This document shows positions 28,755-39,667 of a stretch of DNA of 52,657 nucleotides, in pieces. The notes under the pieces were generated by a model, which saw only the letters and a program-made list of their open reading frames with translations, searched no databases and was not told where the DNA came from. The position numbers were made by a program, and so were the translations under genes. Source of the stretch: an uncultured Desulfobacterales bacterium (GTDB lineage Bacteria > Desulfobacterota > Desulfobacteria > Desulfobacterales > C00003060); contig CAZCWQ010000005.1 of the NCBI GenBank assembly GCA_964502365.1, positions 1 to 52,657 on the forward strand, given 5' to 3'. Positions within the stretch are counted from its first letter, which is position 1; every line of letters starts with the position of its first letter.

Positions 28755-29573
28755 CTACCCGCTGTTCATCTTGTTATCCACCTCGTCCCTCAGGGATTGG
28801 AATACCATACTGAGATACTTGGCAAATGCAATTTTAAAAAACTCTGTCGCTCGTCGCCTGAGTTTCTGAAAATCATCAGGCTCAATCTCATATGTTTTTC
28901 TGATCTCCTCGAGTCTTTTTTCCTGGTCCCTTTTTTTCCACTCCTCATCAAGGGTGGATCGTGCAATGTTCAGTACAAGGGCAAAAAGTTCATTGACTGC
29001 TTGAAAATATACCTCTTTGCGGTCTGCATAGTGCACAAGACTGTCGCCCCACAATTCAGGGTTTTCTATCTGAGCTTCAGTGGATTGGCGGAAATTGTCG
29101 GATACGATATCGGATACGATAAGGGAATCGAACATCTCGTATATTTTGGTAAGAATCGGCTCCATGAGAGCCTTGTTTTCAGCCATAGGCACAACCAACT
29201 CGTCCATGATCTCTTTGGGCTCTACGTTCAGCTGGCGACATTGATACTCAAGAGCCATGCTGAGCCTCTCGAAGCGATTCTTATCAGCTTTTTCTTCATC
29301 AGGACTGATCACCGGAAGTTGGGTCTGCTTCTTGATGGAAAGATAAATCATAAAACTAGCCATCAGCGACACGACATATAAAAGTCCGGAAGCTTTATCC
29401 ATCGCCACATGTCGTTTCTCCAAAAATTCCCGGATTTCCTCCCGCATGGGATGTCGGCTGAATTCCCTTTCCAATGCTCCTTGTTTTCTTTCCTTCTTCA
29501 GTCTGCTCTTTCTTCTCATAATGACATGCTCTGAGTTTGGATTAACGTTGTCGGTTGAGGTTGCCTCCTGCAA
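28755..29573 (-). CDS. Hypothetical helical protein
   Basis: 272-aa ORF; start may be the ATG at 29519; no family recognised. Confidence 0.7.
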   Translation of the reverse strand: MQEATSTDNVNPNSEHVIMRRKSRLKKERKQGALEREFSRHPMREEIREFLEKRHVAMDKASGLLYVVSLMASFMIYLSIKKQTQLPVISPDEEKADKNRFERLSMALEYQCRQLNVEPKEIMDELVVPMAENKALMEPILTKIYEMFDSLIVSDIVSDNFRQSTEAQIENPELWGDSLVHYADRKEVYFQAVNELFALVLNIARSTLDEEWKKRDQEKRLEEIRKTYEIEPDDFQKLRRRATEFFKIAFAKYLSMVFQSLRDEVDNKMNSG

Positions 29574-29633
29574 CTATTAAAGAAGCCTCACTTTTCATAA
29601 TAATGATTGATTAATGGGAACTAACGTAGGCTT

Positions 29634-30218
29634 CTAGACTATAACAACTGAGTTATCACTGTTCGTATAAGGACTTTTCACGTATTTGTCGGCATTCCAG
29701 TCGTTTTCCCATTTAGACTGATCGATGAGATAACGAAACTGATATTCCCTTCCAGGCTCAAGGTCGAGTGTAATAGTGTAGTCCTGATTTTTCTGCTTTT
29801 CCATGGGATCGGCGTGAATATTCCAATTATTAAAGTCACCAACAATACACACTCTCTTTGCATCGCCAGCAGCAATTCTCGGCAAGCTGAACGTTACTCT
29901 GCATATGTTCTTGCTTCTAAGATATTCTTTTTTTATACTAACGGTTTTTTCAGTAGGTTCTTTTGATGCTGATTCCTTGCCAGTAGCGTACTTTGCAGTC
30001 ACCTTTGTTTTCTTATGTTTTGAGCTGCCCTTGGCTTTCGGTTCCTTGTCTTCTCGTTGCATGCGCTCAATTATTCGGCTCTGCAAAGCTACGGTCGTTG
30101 TGACCTGTTCGCCGTCCTGCCACTGGATACGCATGACATCTCCATCAATGGCAAGGACCTCATAAACGCCCTTCATATTTTCGTACTTCTGACCGACTTC
30201 AAATTTCACCTGACTCAT
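29634..30218 (-). CDS. Protein with C-terminal CBM48/isoamylase early-set (AMPK-beta glycogen-binding) domain and an extra N-terminal domain
   Basis: C-terminal VTF...IVGDFNNW...EYQFRYLID..WENDWNAD..NSV; Lys-rich linker. Confidence 0.8.
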   Translation of the reverse strand: MSQVKFEVGQKYENMKGVYEVLAIDGDVMRIQWQDGEQVTTTVALQSRIIERMQREDKEPKAKGSSKHKKTKVTAKYATGKESASKEPTEKTVSIKKEYLRSKNICRVTFSLPRIAAGDAKRVCIVGDFNNWNIHADPMEKQKNQDYTITLDLEPGREYQFRYLIDQSKWENDWNADKYVKSPYTNSDNSVVIV

Positions 30219-30609
30219 TGATGTATTCCCCCACCCATGTTTACTCTTGTCTTTGCCAGTCCTGCCGGAAAATTCCAAACTCGCCAACCAAGACCGACAC
30301 CCATCAATCAGTCCCTTTTGTTATGGATGTTTAATTGAAATCGCCACTTTTGTCAAATCCCTAGCCAGGATTTTGTTAAACCGAGTAGCCATGCCCGGGT
30401 ATTGGCGTCTTGATTGGTCCGCTGGTGGCAAGCTTGCTCTTTTCTCCGCCAGAAAGTCTTTAAAGACAACCACGCCTCTTCACAAAGCACATTTTCGTGT
30501 TTGGCTGCCGGCGCCTTGAGGAAAGCGTGCCAGATTTTTTCGCCCCTTTTGTCTGCGGCTAGTCTGGGTTAGGATACACTATGGAATTTATTGGAATGTC
30601 TGCTTTATT

Positions 30610-31089
30610 CTAAATCACGTAGAATATAAGGTATAGCTCCCAGTTAACAACCAATGCAAAAACAATTAGAAGCAAAACAAACAGCACTTTTGCTCGTACG
30701 TTGGTTCCAAACAGGTAGGAATTTGTGTTAAGCAAGATGAGTATGAGGGATGAGCAAGTGAATAAGTATTTCACCCAGAAGAACACAAGTGGACCATGAC
30801 CGAGGAAATAGGCCATTACTGGGTTTATCTCTGATGCTCCATGGCCAATTAGAAGAAGCGTAAACATGCCGTCCAATATACTAAGTGAAATGATTAACAG
30901 AATTGCTGCAAATGTCTTGAAACCATATCTGTCAATTTGATAAGAGTTTTGCCTGTCCTCGTGCCGTCTTACCAGCTCTCGCCTTCCAGCCAGCCAATGC
31001 TTGCTGAGGATCGCCACCTTTCCTTGCCTGCGATCAAAACCACATCGTCTTTCATATGTTTGTGAATCATTAGTAAAATAGCTCATCAC
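30610..31089 (-). CDS. DUF5658-like membrane protein with ERR/DRR motifs
   Basis: ERRCGFDRRQ, RRHEDRQ, LSILDGMFTL, GASEINPVM. Confidence 0.75.
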   Translation of the reverse strand: MMSYFTNDSQTYERRCGFDRRQGKVAILSKHWLAGRRELVRRHEDRQNSYQIDRYGFKTFAAILLIISLSILDGMFTLLLIGHGASEINPVMAYFLGHGPLVFFWVKYLFTCSSLILILLNTNSYLFGTNVRAKVLFVLLLIVFALVVNWELYLIFYVI

Positions 31090-31102
31090 ATTACTTACAA
31101 TT

Positions 31103-31119
31103 AGAAAGAATCATGCCAT
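31103..31119 (-). promoter_or_regulatory. Possible sigma54 promoter (non-consensus -12)
   Basis: TGGCATGATTCTTTCT, immediately upstream of the 30610-31089 gene. Confidence 0.4.
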
Positions 31120-31542
31120 ATTGCTTGTTTGTGCGTTTTGCATTAAGTTACACATACTTAGGCGTTCCCACGCGGAGGGCTAACCCATGAATATTGAGTA
31201 TTCTCGGTTATACATTAGGAAAACAAATGCCTACTTTGGGAAAAGAAAGTAATAGGAAAGACTCTGCTGGAATTAGAAGGAACAGGGCATAGCGTGAAAG
31301 GTACTTGCTCTTATTTAGTGCCAGTTCTCAGTGGAGAGTGCAGATAAAATATCTTTGGGTAGTCTTTGACAGGCAAAATTTACGCAGTTTACTGTTCGTG
31401 TCTTTTAAGAGAGGAGTTATTGCACCAAACTGATTTCCCATTTATCTTCTGAATCAGGATTAGTCATACAGCAAGTCGGCCAACTAGAGCCTTTTAGAGC
31501 AGGATAAGATACAAAGAAGAAGGTGGAGAGGAGTTATTGAGT

Positions 31543-31619
31543 TGGTCGGGACGACTGGATTTGAACCAGCGACCCCAGCGTCCCGAACGCTGTGCTCTAC
31601 CAGACTGAGCCACGTCCCG
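31543..31619 (-). tRNA. tRNA-Pro(CGG)
   Basis: CGGGACGTGGCTCAG...TT-CGG-GA...CCA; TTGACA at 31655-31660 upstream. Confidence 0.96.
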
Positions 31620-31756
31620 ACATATTTTTAATTTTTAAACTACTTCCGCCAAGTTGTCAATATTTTATATGACAATAGACTCCTCTTATCTCTCGCAGAG
31701 TGTAATGAGAAAAGCAGTTCTTGATCTCTGAGGCTTCTGCTAGCAGGCGGGCAAGC

Positions 31757-31957
31757 GAGAGCTTTGTATAACGTCGGAAAGCGACAATTATGAGGTTTTT
31801 GGGATACCCATCTGGGCGAAGCGAACGGCCCGCCCTAGTGGGCAAATCGCAAGCTGTTTGAGGCCCTGAGGCCGAGTTCTTGCGATTTAGTGAGCGAGCC
31901 CGTAGATGGGTCAAAAACCTCATACCAAAGAGCGAGACGACGCTATGCAAAGATCTC
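31757..31957. mobile_element. MITE-like repeat, copy 2 (201 bp)
   Basis: TIRs GAGAGCTTTGTATAACGTCG and CGACGCTATGCAAAGATCTC; nested internal inverted repeats. Confidence 0.85.
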
Positions 31958-31992
31958 CAGCCGAGATCCGCCTGGCGTTGATCAATATCTCG

Positions 31993-33392
<1,400 letters not shown>

Positions 33393-33422
33393 GCCGGTGG
33401 TCCCTTATCTACACCCCGGAAT

Positions 33423-33451
33423 TGAGTACCAGACGAACCTCTGCTTGTCAA
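33423..33451 (-). promoter_or_regulatory. Sigma70-like promoter of purA
   Basis: TTGACA-N17-TACTCA with TG upstream of the -10. Confidence 0.5.
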
Positions 33452-33532
33452 CTTCAGCCCTCTGTCAGGCAATTCTCATTCTGCTCGACTCCACTTCTAA
33501 CAAGTATTTACTGCCCAGCACCATCCTCAATA

Positions 33533-33997
33533 TCACTTACAGCCACAGCGCTTGTCTCGGAAGAAGGCCTGGATCAATTGTCTGCATTCATCTTCAAGGA
33601 TGCCCCCTCTCACGTCGATGACATGATTTAGCCGGGTATCGGCCGCAAGCTCATAGCAAGACCCGGCAGCACCCCATTTTGGGTCCCTAGCACCATAAAC
33701 GATTCTTGCCACCCTTGCATGCAGCAGCGCCCCCATGCACATGACGCAAGGCTCTATAGTGACGTAAAGGAGGGTACCCACGAGACGATGGTTTCCAAGT
33801 GCCTTGGCCGCTGATCGCAATGCCAGGATCTCTGCATGAGCAGTGGGATCGCATAACAAGATCGTTTGATTATAGGCCTTAGCAAGGACGGCTCCGTTTA
33901 CGTCAACGAGTACTGCCCCCACAGGCACTTCATCTTCTCGAGCGGCTTGTTGTGCCTCAAGGATAGCCTGCCGCATAAAGCTACTATCGGTCAACAT
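33533..33997 (-). CDS. tadA: tRNA adenosine(34) deaminase
   Basis: EVPVGAV, DPTAHAEI, EPCVMC, DPK. Confidence 0.95.
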   Translation of the reverse strand: MLTDSSFMRQAILEAQQAAREDEVPVGAVLVDVNGAVLAKAYNQTILLCDPTAHAEILALRSAAKALGNHRLVGTLLYVTIEPCVMCMGALLHARVARIVYGARDPKWGAAGSCYELAADTRLNHVIDVRGGILEDECRQLIQAFFRDKRCGCK

Positions 33998-34020
33998 CCA
34001 ACTCCAGGATTGCAATCACC

Positions 34021-34049
34021 TTGACAGGGTGGACCAAAAGCACTATAAA
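34021..34049 (+). promoter_or_regulatory. Sigma70 promoter of tRNA-Arg
   Basis: TTGACA-N17-TATAAA. Confidence 0.75.
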
Positions 34050-34064
34050 GTAAACTCTATAAAC

Positions 34065-34140
34065 GCGCCCATAGCTCAGTGGATAGAGCGCCGGACTACG
34101 AATCCGTAGGCCGCCCGTTCGAATCGGGCTGGGCGCACCA
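34065..34140 (+). tRNA. tRNA-Arg(ACG)
   Basis: GCGCCCATAGCTCAGTGGATAGAGC...CT-ACG-AA...TTCGAATC...CCA. Confidence 0.96.
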
Positions 34141-34210
34141 GTAATATCTAGGGCTTAGCCTTTTTGGTCAAGTCCTTTTAATGATGGCATAGAGGAAAGG
34201 AGAAAGGATT

Positions 34211-34477
34211 ATGTTAACATGCCCAACTTGCGGGAAATTCCGGCGGGTATTGTATCAAGTTAGGGACGATGGACATTATCTGTGTAGATTTTGCGCCCGC
34301 AAGTCAATCTTGGCTTCCGGCCCGTCCGATCTCATTATAGCCAAGTACGAGCAAGAAGGAGTATATGACGGGTTAAGCGAGCTGCATATGCGGTTGAACG
34401 TGTTGCCCAAGGACGACGACTACGTTCGAAAAGAAAACGAGGAGATCCTTCAGAAGTTTTGGTATGCATATATTTAG
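34211..34477 (+). CDS. Hypothetical zinc-finger-like protein
   Basis: CPTC...CRFC; purine-rich RBS. Confidence 0.6.
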   Translation: MLTCPTCGKFRRVLYQVRDDGHYLCRFCARKSILASGPSDLIIAKYEQEGVYDGLSELHMRLNVLPKDDDYVRKENEEILQKFWYAYI

Positions 34478-34571
34478 ACAGAGGGCCCTAAATAGCTATG
34501 ATTTATAGAGCGGGACCTCTATATAATCCCCACAAGCAAAATTGCGATTTTCCGGTTAGGCCTCCTACCTA

Positions 34572-35009
34572 ATGAACAAGATCAAAATAGTCCTGACCTT
34601 GGTTCTTTTTGTCGGCCTTCAGCAAGGTTGTGCAAATCTCAATAAAACTTCCCCCAAAGATGTGCCGGAAGATATTAGGCGTATATTTATCGGGACATGG
34701 GAAGGTCAATACGTAAATAGCAAGGGGAAACTGGTGCGCACGTGGACGCAGAATCGTTCAGCAGATGGAACTTACACAATCGTTTTCGTTCACCATACCG
34801 AAAGAGAAGTACACAAGACTAAACAGAAGGGCAAATGGTGGATTGAAGGTGACAGGTTTTATGAAATTGCCCCGGACGTCATGAAAAAACCAGATGTATA
34901 CCAATTTGAAATAGTCAGTGAAAACGAAATTCGTTTTAAGAGTATTGTGACGGATTATGCGTTCATTGATAAGCGGGTACAAGCTTTTCGGGAACCCTCA
35001 TTCATATAA
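34572..35009 (+). CDS. Putative lipoprotein (lipocalin-like beta fold possible)
   Basis: Signal ending LQQG-C; IGTW, DGTY and GKW motifs. Confidence 0.7.
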   Translation: MNKIKIVLTLVLFVGLQQGCANLNKTSPKDVPEDIRRIFIGTWEGQYVNSKGKLVRTWTQNRSADGTYTIVFVHHTEREVHKTKQKGKWWIEGDRFYEIAPDVMKKPDVYQFEIVSENEIRFKSIVTDYAFIDKRVQAFREPSFI

Positions 35010-35112
35010 ATGGCTGTCCCTTTTTTTGTTTTACATAACCTCTTGAGCACAACGGCCTGCAACATTAATGAGACGACCTTTGCATGAACTCGTCTCGCTC
35101 TTTCTTATGTGG

Positions 35113-35430
35113 TTATGCAAAGCTCTCATCCAGGGCGCTCTTATCCGTTCTGGCCCGTTCCAGTGCCTCCATATGGAGGCACCATTGTCTGTACTTGCAC
35201 CCAAATTGATCACAATACGCTCCTGCCGTGGCAAAGCAGTCGAAGTTGCCTTCGTTTAGTTGTCTCCTGTGAATCGTGGCAGAGGCTACCTCCCTGAAGC
35301 AGGTACTGCAAAGGGATGAGCTGAAGTGGCCAGGCTGCCAGGGAATCACTGAATCCTTTTCCCACTCCTTGCCGCACTTAATACACTTAACATGCAATTT
35401 GTTCATAACCTGCACCTTATCAAGTCTCAT
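35113..35430 (-). CDS. Cys-rich hypothetical protein
   Basis: CIKC, CSTC, then EGNFDCFATA...CDQFGCKYRQWC. Confidence 0.65.
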   Translation of the reverse strand: MRLDKVQVMNKLHVKCIKCGKEWEKDSVIPWQPGHFSSSLCSTCFREVASATIHRRQLNEGNFDCFATAGAYCDQFGCKYRQWCLHMEALERARTDKSALDESFA

Positions 35431-35742
35431 ATTTTGTTATTCAGGATCTGAAGATCCGGTTCAGTCAGACTGTAGAGCTTTGCTGAGCCTCGGAAAGCTC
35501 TCTCAATAATAGCCCAGCATCCTCATGGCAAGCCCAGCCGGTCCTTCTTTCCATATATGGTAGTCCGAATATGTTAGGGTGCTATATGCTGTATGTCAAG
35601 AAAAAATTCACCAAGCCTTCGGCCTGGCAATCTGAACCTTCTGTGCCCCTGTGGGCCGGCCTTGCGGGCGGCATGCACGTAAATTTTGACGAGGCAGGCC
35701 TTGGTTTTTTAAATGCGCGGTCCTCTGACAGTCCGGTGAGAT

Positions 35743-36192
35743 TTATTGAGTCTTACTTTTCTGGAATAATGATTCCAGCTTTTCTATACGGTTCTTCCTT
35801 TTTTTTGCCACTATTGCAAAATTCCTTGGGACATCCGCCATCAAAGACATAGAGTGTTCAGCAGCATCCGAGTAAAATTTTATGATTTTGCCCTCAATCT
35901 CCAAGGCTTTTGCTAAAACATCTGTATAACTTGCGTCATTCGGCAGTGTGGTTTCAAAGCCATACTCATTCGGATCCAGATCAAAGGCAAAACCACCCTC
36001 AATTGCATCGGTAATAACCGAATAGTACGCCCTTTCAATCTGCACCACATATCTGCTGTTCTCCTTAACAAAAGAAAGAAAAGCATCCTTGTCTTCAACA
36101 TACCGCTCGGATAGATCTTCGTAGAATCTTGACGCTTCATTTTCCAGTTTTTTGGCAAAGCTGATAGTCTCAGAACAGGTTTGAAGTTTCAT
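35743..36192 (-). CDS. Ferritin/rubrerythrin-like helical protein
   Basis: Repeated A.xxE...FY helices (FAKKLENEASRFY, ALEIEGKIIKFY); ExxH ligands are not obvious. Confidence 0.7.
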   Translation of the reverse strand: MKLQTCSETISFAKKLENEASRFYEDLSERYVEDKDAFLSFVKENSRYVVQIERAYYSVITDAIEGGFAFDLDPNEYGFETTLPNDASYTDVLAKALEIEGKIIKFYSDAAEHSMSLMADVPRNFAIVAKKRKNRIEKLESLFQKSKTQ

Positions 36193-36209
36193 TCAAATTG
36201 CCTCCCTCC

Positions 36210-37703
36210 TTACAGCCACCTGTGGATGCACACTTTGCTTTCAGTAAAGAAACGAACAGCTTCTTTGCCTTGAGAGTGTAATATCCCCAAGAAAGAACCA
36301 GACATGCCGCTAAATGGATAGAAGGCCATGGGTGCCACTATTCCGATGTTAATACCTACGTTGCCGGATTTCACCTCATACTGGAACTTGCGAGCCGATT
36401 TACCGCTTGAAGTAAATATGGCATCGCCATTGTGAAATGGATTCTCGTTGCATATTCTTATGGCTTCGTCTAAGTCTTTGACTCTGATGACCCCCATTGT
36501 TGGTCCGAAAATTTCCTGTACCACTATTCTCATGTCTGGTTCCACATCCTCCAAGATAGTAGGCCCAAGGAAACAAGTGTCCGGATAATCACCAAGAATG
36601 TTGCCGTGCTTGCGGCCATCCAGTGTGAGTGTTGCGCCCTGTTTTAGACCGCTTTCTATGTAATGTATGATTTTTTCCTTCTTCTGCGCATCACGTACCG
36701 GCCCCATCTGGACCTTCTCGTCAAGGCCGTAGCCAATAATGATCCCCTTAGCCCTCGCAATAACAGCAGCCATAAACTGACTGTAGAATTTGTCTTCATC
36801 GCTTACGATAATAAGAGTCTGACCTGCCAAGCATCGCTGACCTGCATTGCCAAAAAATGATGTCATGAGGGCGGGTATAGTTGCCTTTACGTTCGTATCC
36901 GGCATGATAACCAAAAAATTTGCCGCACCACCCTGAGCAATAACCCGTTTACCAGTGGCACCACAACGGGGGTATATAACATCCCTCATGGTCGGTGAGG
37001 ACCCAACAAATGTTATCCCTTCAATGTCTGGATGGTCCAACATACCGTTCACCACAGTTCTTCCGCCATGCACTACATTCCATACTCCTGGAGGAAACCC
37101 GGCTTCATCAACCAGTTCAGCAATCTTTGTTTGAGAAAATGGAACCTCGCTTGACGGTTTGACGACTATCGTATTCCCGGTGGCCACTGCATAGGGCGCT
37201 GACCACAGAGGGATCATGAACGGGAAGTTGAAGGGTCCTATTATTCCGAAGACGCCCAATGGTACCCGTATCAGATACTCATCTATGCCCGAGGCGATAT
37301 CCTCTGAGCTGTCTCCCATCATCAAGGTGGGAATCCCACAGGCCACTTCCACATTTTCAATACCACGCCTTGTTTCACCTCTTGACTCATCTATGGTCTT
37401 TCCATGCTCTTGCGTCTGGACCCTGCTCAATTCCTCGAAATTTTCTTCCAATAACTGCAAAAGTCTGAACAGGTATCTTGCCCTGCTTACCGCGGGAGTC
37501 CTCCTCCAATCAGGATGAGCCTCTTGTGCTGCCTTTACGGCAGCATCTATCTCTGCCTTTGTCGAAATACCAACCTGGCCGATAGTCGCACAAGTTGCCG
37601 GATTGACTACATCGATAATTTTACCCTCGGATTCAACCCATTCGCCATCGATATAGTTCTTGATCATCGGGATGCCATTTATCGGTTCTTCCAAAATAGC
37701 CAT
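36210..37703 (-). CDS. mmsA: CoA-acylating (methyl)malonate-semialdehyde dehydrogenase
   Basis: PFNFPFMIPLW, FVGS, FGNAGQRCLA, EIFGP. Confidence 0.88.
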   Translation of the reverse strand: MAILEEPINGIPMIKNYIDGEWVESEGKIIDVVNPATCATIGQVGISTKAEIDAAVKAAQEAHPDWRRTPAVSRARYLFRLLQLLEENFEELSRVQTQEHGKTIDESRGETRRGIENVEVACGIPTLMMGDSSEDIASGIDEYLIRVPLGVFGIIGPFNFPFMIPLWSAPYAVATGNTIVVKPSSEVPFSQTKIAELVDEAGFPPGVWNVVHGGRTVVNGMLDHPDIEGITFVGSSPTMRDVIYPRCGATGKRVIAQGGAANFLVIMPDTNVKATIPALMTSFFGNAGQRCLAGQTLIIVSDEDKFYSQFMAAVIARAKGIIIGYGLDEKVQMGPVRDAQKKEKIIHYIESGLKQGATLTLDGRKHGNILGDYPDTCFLGPTILEDVEPDMRIVVQEIFGPTMGVIRVKDLDEAIRICNENPFHNGDAIFTSSGKSARKFQYEVKSGNVGINIGIVAPMAFYPFSGMSGSFLGILHSQGKEAVRFFTESKVCIHRWL

Positions 37704-37854
37704 GTCTTAATCCTCCTTACTAGGTCATGCTGCTTATTCTGAGCTACCATAATGGGTTCTTCGGAGCCAAAGGAATAGTCAGCAGGCGACATCGTGGTGC
37801 GGAAATGGGAATGGAGTACTTCGGCACTTGGCGGGTCACGTTCTCTAAGGTTCT

Positions 37855-38709
37855 TCAACCCTTAACGGCTCCCATGGTGAGACCGCCAATGAATCGATCC
37901 ACAAAAAAATTATAAACAATGGCAATGGGAAGTGATGCGATGAGACACCCACCCATCAGTGCGCCCCAATTGTAGACATCTCCGTGTACCAGGAAAGTGG
38001 GCACTCCCACGCTCACCGTGTATTTGGACGCCGCGGTTACAAAAGTCAGAGTATAGATGTATTCCTGCACTACCAAGGTGAAGCTGAATATGACTACCGT
38101 CAATATTCCAGACGTGGATATGGGAATGACCATCCTGACGAAAGCCCCAAAGCGACTATAGCCGTCTATCATGGCAGCTTCCTCCAGGTCGGGGGGGATA
38201 GCTTTGAAGAAACCCATCAGGAGCCAGATAGCAAAGGGCACCGTGAAGGACGGGAAAACCAAGACCAGTGACCACAAGGAGTCCTGAAGACCAAGCCTCG
38301 CGATCACCGTCGACATGGGAATGAACAGAATGGTCGGGGCAACCAGGTAGGTGAGGAATATCCCGATGCCGAGCCTTTCGCCCCATCGTCCACCTAGGCG
38401 CACGAGGCTGTAACCAGCGGGTATGGCTAAAATGAGGGTTATGGCAACCACAAGGACGCCTACCATGGCCGTGTTTATCAGCCACCTTACAAATAAGGTT
38501 TCAGTGAAGAGATACTCCAGATGGGTCAAGGTGGGAGCCGTGTTAAAGATAAAGGGGTTGTTGGCACGATTATAAAGGTCAGCATCCTGCTTGAAGGTGG
38601 TGATAAGCATCCACAAGAAAGGCAGGCTCGCGAAGATGGCAAAAACGGTCAACGTTCCGAAATGGGCGATCTTCAATCCCACGCGTTTGATGGTTTCAAC
38701 CCGTCTCAC
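37855..38709 (-). CDS. Carbohydrate ABC transporter permease
   Basis: EAA loop LEEAAMIDG; GTG start at 38709 after GGAGG. Confidence 0.93.
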   Translation of the reverse strand: MRRVETIKRVGLKIAHFGTLTVFAIFASLPFLWMLITTFKQDADLYNRANNPFIFNTAPTLTHLEYLFTETLFVRWLINTAMVGVLVVAITLILAIPAGYSLVRLGGRWGERLGIGIFLTYLVAPTILFIPMSTVIARLGLQDSLWSLVLVFPSFTVPFAIWLLMGFFKAIPPDLEEAAMIDGYSRFGAFVRMVIPISTSGILTVVIFSFTLVVQEYIYTLTFVTAASKYTVSVGVPTFLVHGDVYNWGALMGGCLIASLPIAIVYNFFVDRFIGGLTMGAVKG

Positions 38710-38713
38710 TATC

Positions 38714-39658
38714 TTACGCCACCTCCGCCCGACGGGCAATCTTCAGCATGAATATTGCCACGGCCAGCAAGAGCGGAAAAAGGAAAAGGGCTATTGCCGC
38801 GCCGCCTGCCAAATCACCGGCATCGATACCGGTATAGAAGGCCTGGCTGACCAGGACCTGGGTGGAATCATACGGTCCCCCACGGGTCAGCACCAAGATT
38901 ATGATTATGTCAGTGGCGGTGAATACGATCCCAAAAAGCACGGCCACCAACATGATCGGGAGCATCAGGGGAATGGTGATCTGAAAGAGCTGCCGAAAAT
39001 AGCCGGCTCCGTCAACCGACGCCGCATCCTGTATGTCTTTGGGGATAGAGGCGAGTCCAGCCAAGATAATGACCATAGCCAGAGGCAACATACGCCATAC
39101 GTGGACAGCTATTATGGAAACCATGGCCAGATGCGGCCGCCCGAGCCACATGGGCCAGAAGTCGGGCCCAAAGATCCCGGTACGTTGGAGCAGCCAATTA
39201 ATAGGGCTGTAGATGGAGTCCAGCATCCACAGCCAACCTATCACCCCCAGGGAGATGGGTGCCACATAAGGCATAAGGATCAGGGCTCGCAACAGAAACT
39301 TCCCTTTAAAGTCTTTCAGCAAAAGCAGGGCCAATATTTTGGCCAACACCAGTACAATCAACATGGAGACAAAAGTAAACAAGAGGGTGTTCTTCAGCGC
39401 TATCCGAAATTCCATATCATTAATGACGCTCTTGAATTTTTCCAGACCCACAAAGTTGTAATGTACACTGCCCACCGTGATGTCACTGAGACTGTATACA
39501 AATGCCAGTATGAGTGGATAACCAACCAATGCCAGTACATATATCACGGCAGGAGCTATCATCAGAAAGCCTAACAGCCTCTCGTTATCAACGAGAAAAC
39601 TTAGGCGTTGCCTCTGACCCATAACCAGGCTTTCCGCGGGGTTGGCTTCAGGGGCCAT
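38714..39658 (-). CDS. Carbohydrate ABC transporter permease
   Basis: IQDAASVDGA loop, LTRGGP; 6 TMs. Confidence 0.93.
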   Translation of the reverse strand: MAPEANPAESLVMGQRQRLSFLVDNERLLGFLMIAPAVIYVLALVGYPLILAFVYSLSDITVGSVHYNFVGLEKFKSVINDMEFRIALKNTLLFTFVSMLIVLVLAKILALLLLKDFKGKFLLRALILMPYVAPISLGVIGWLWMLDSIYSPINWLLQRTGIFGPDFWPMWLGRPHLAMVSIIAVHVWRMLPLAMVIILAGLASIPKDIQDAASVDGAGYFRQLFQITIPLMLPIMLVAVLFGIVFTATDIIIILVLTRGGPYDSTQVLVSQAFYTGIDAGDLAGGAAIALFLFPLLLAVAIFMLKIARRAEVA

Positions 39659-39667
39659 TCAATCTCC

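Noticed and set aside
30516-30533. TGGCACG sigma54-like motif on the minus strand
   Set aside because: The -12 element is absent (TGGCACGCTTTCCTC) and it lies ~300 nt from the next start.
38591-39574. 327-aa plus-strand ORF, and similar long antisense ORFs (e.g. 24474-25199, 26520-27296)
   Set aside because: Shadow frames opposite well-supported genes, with no recognisable motifs.
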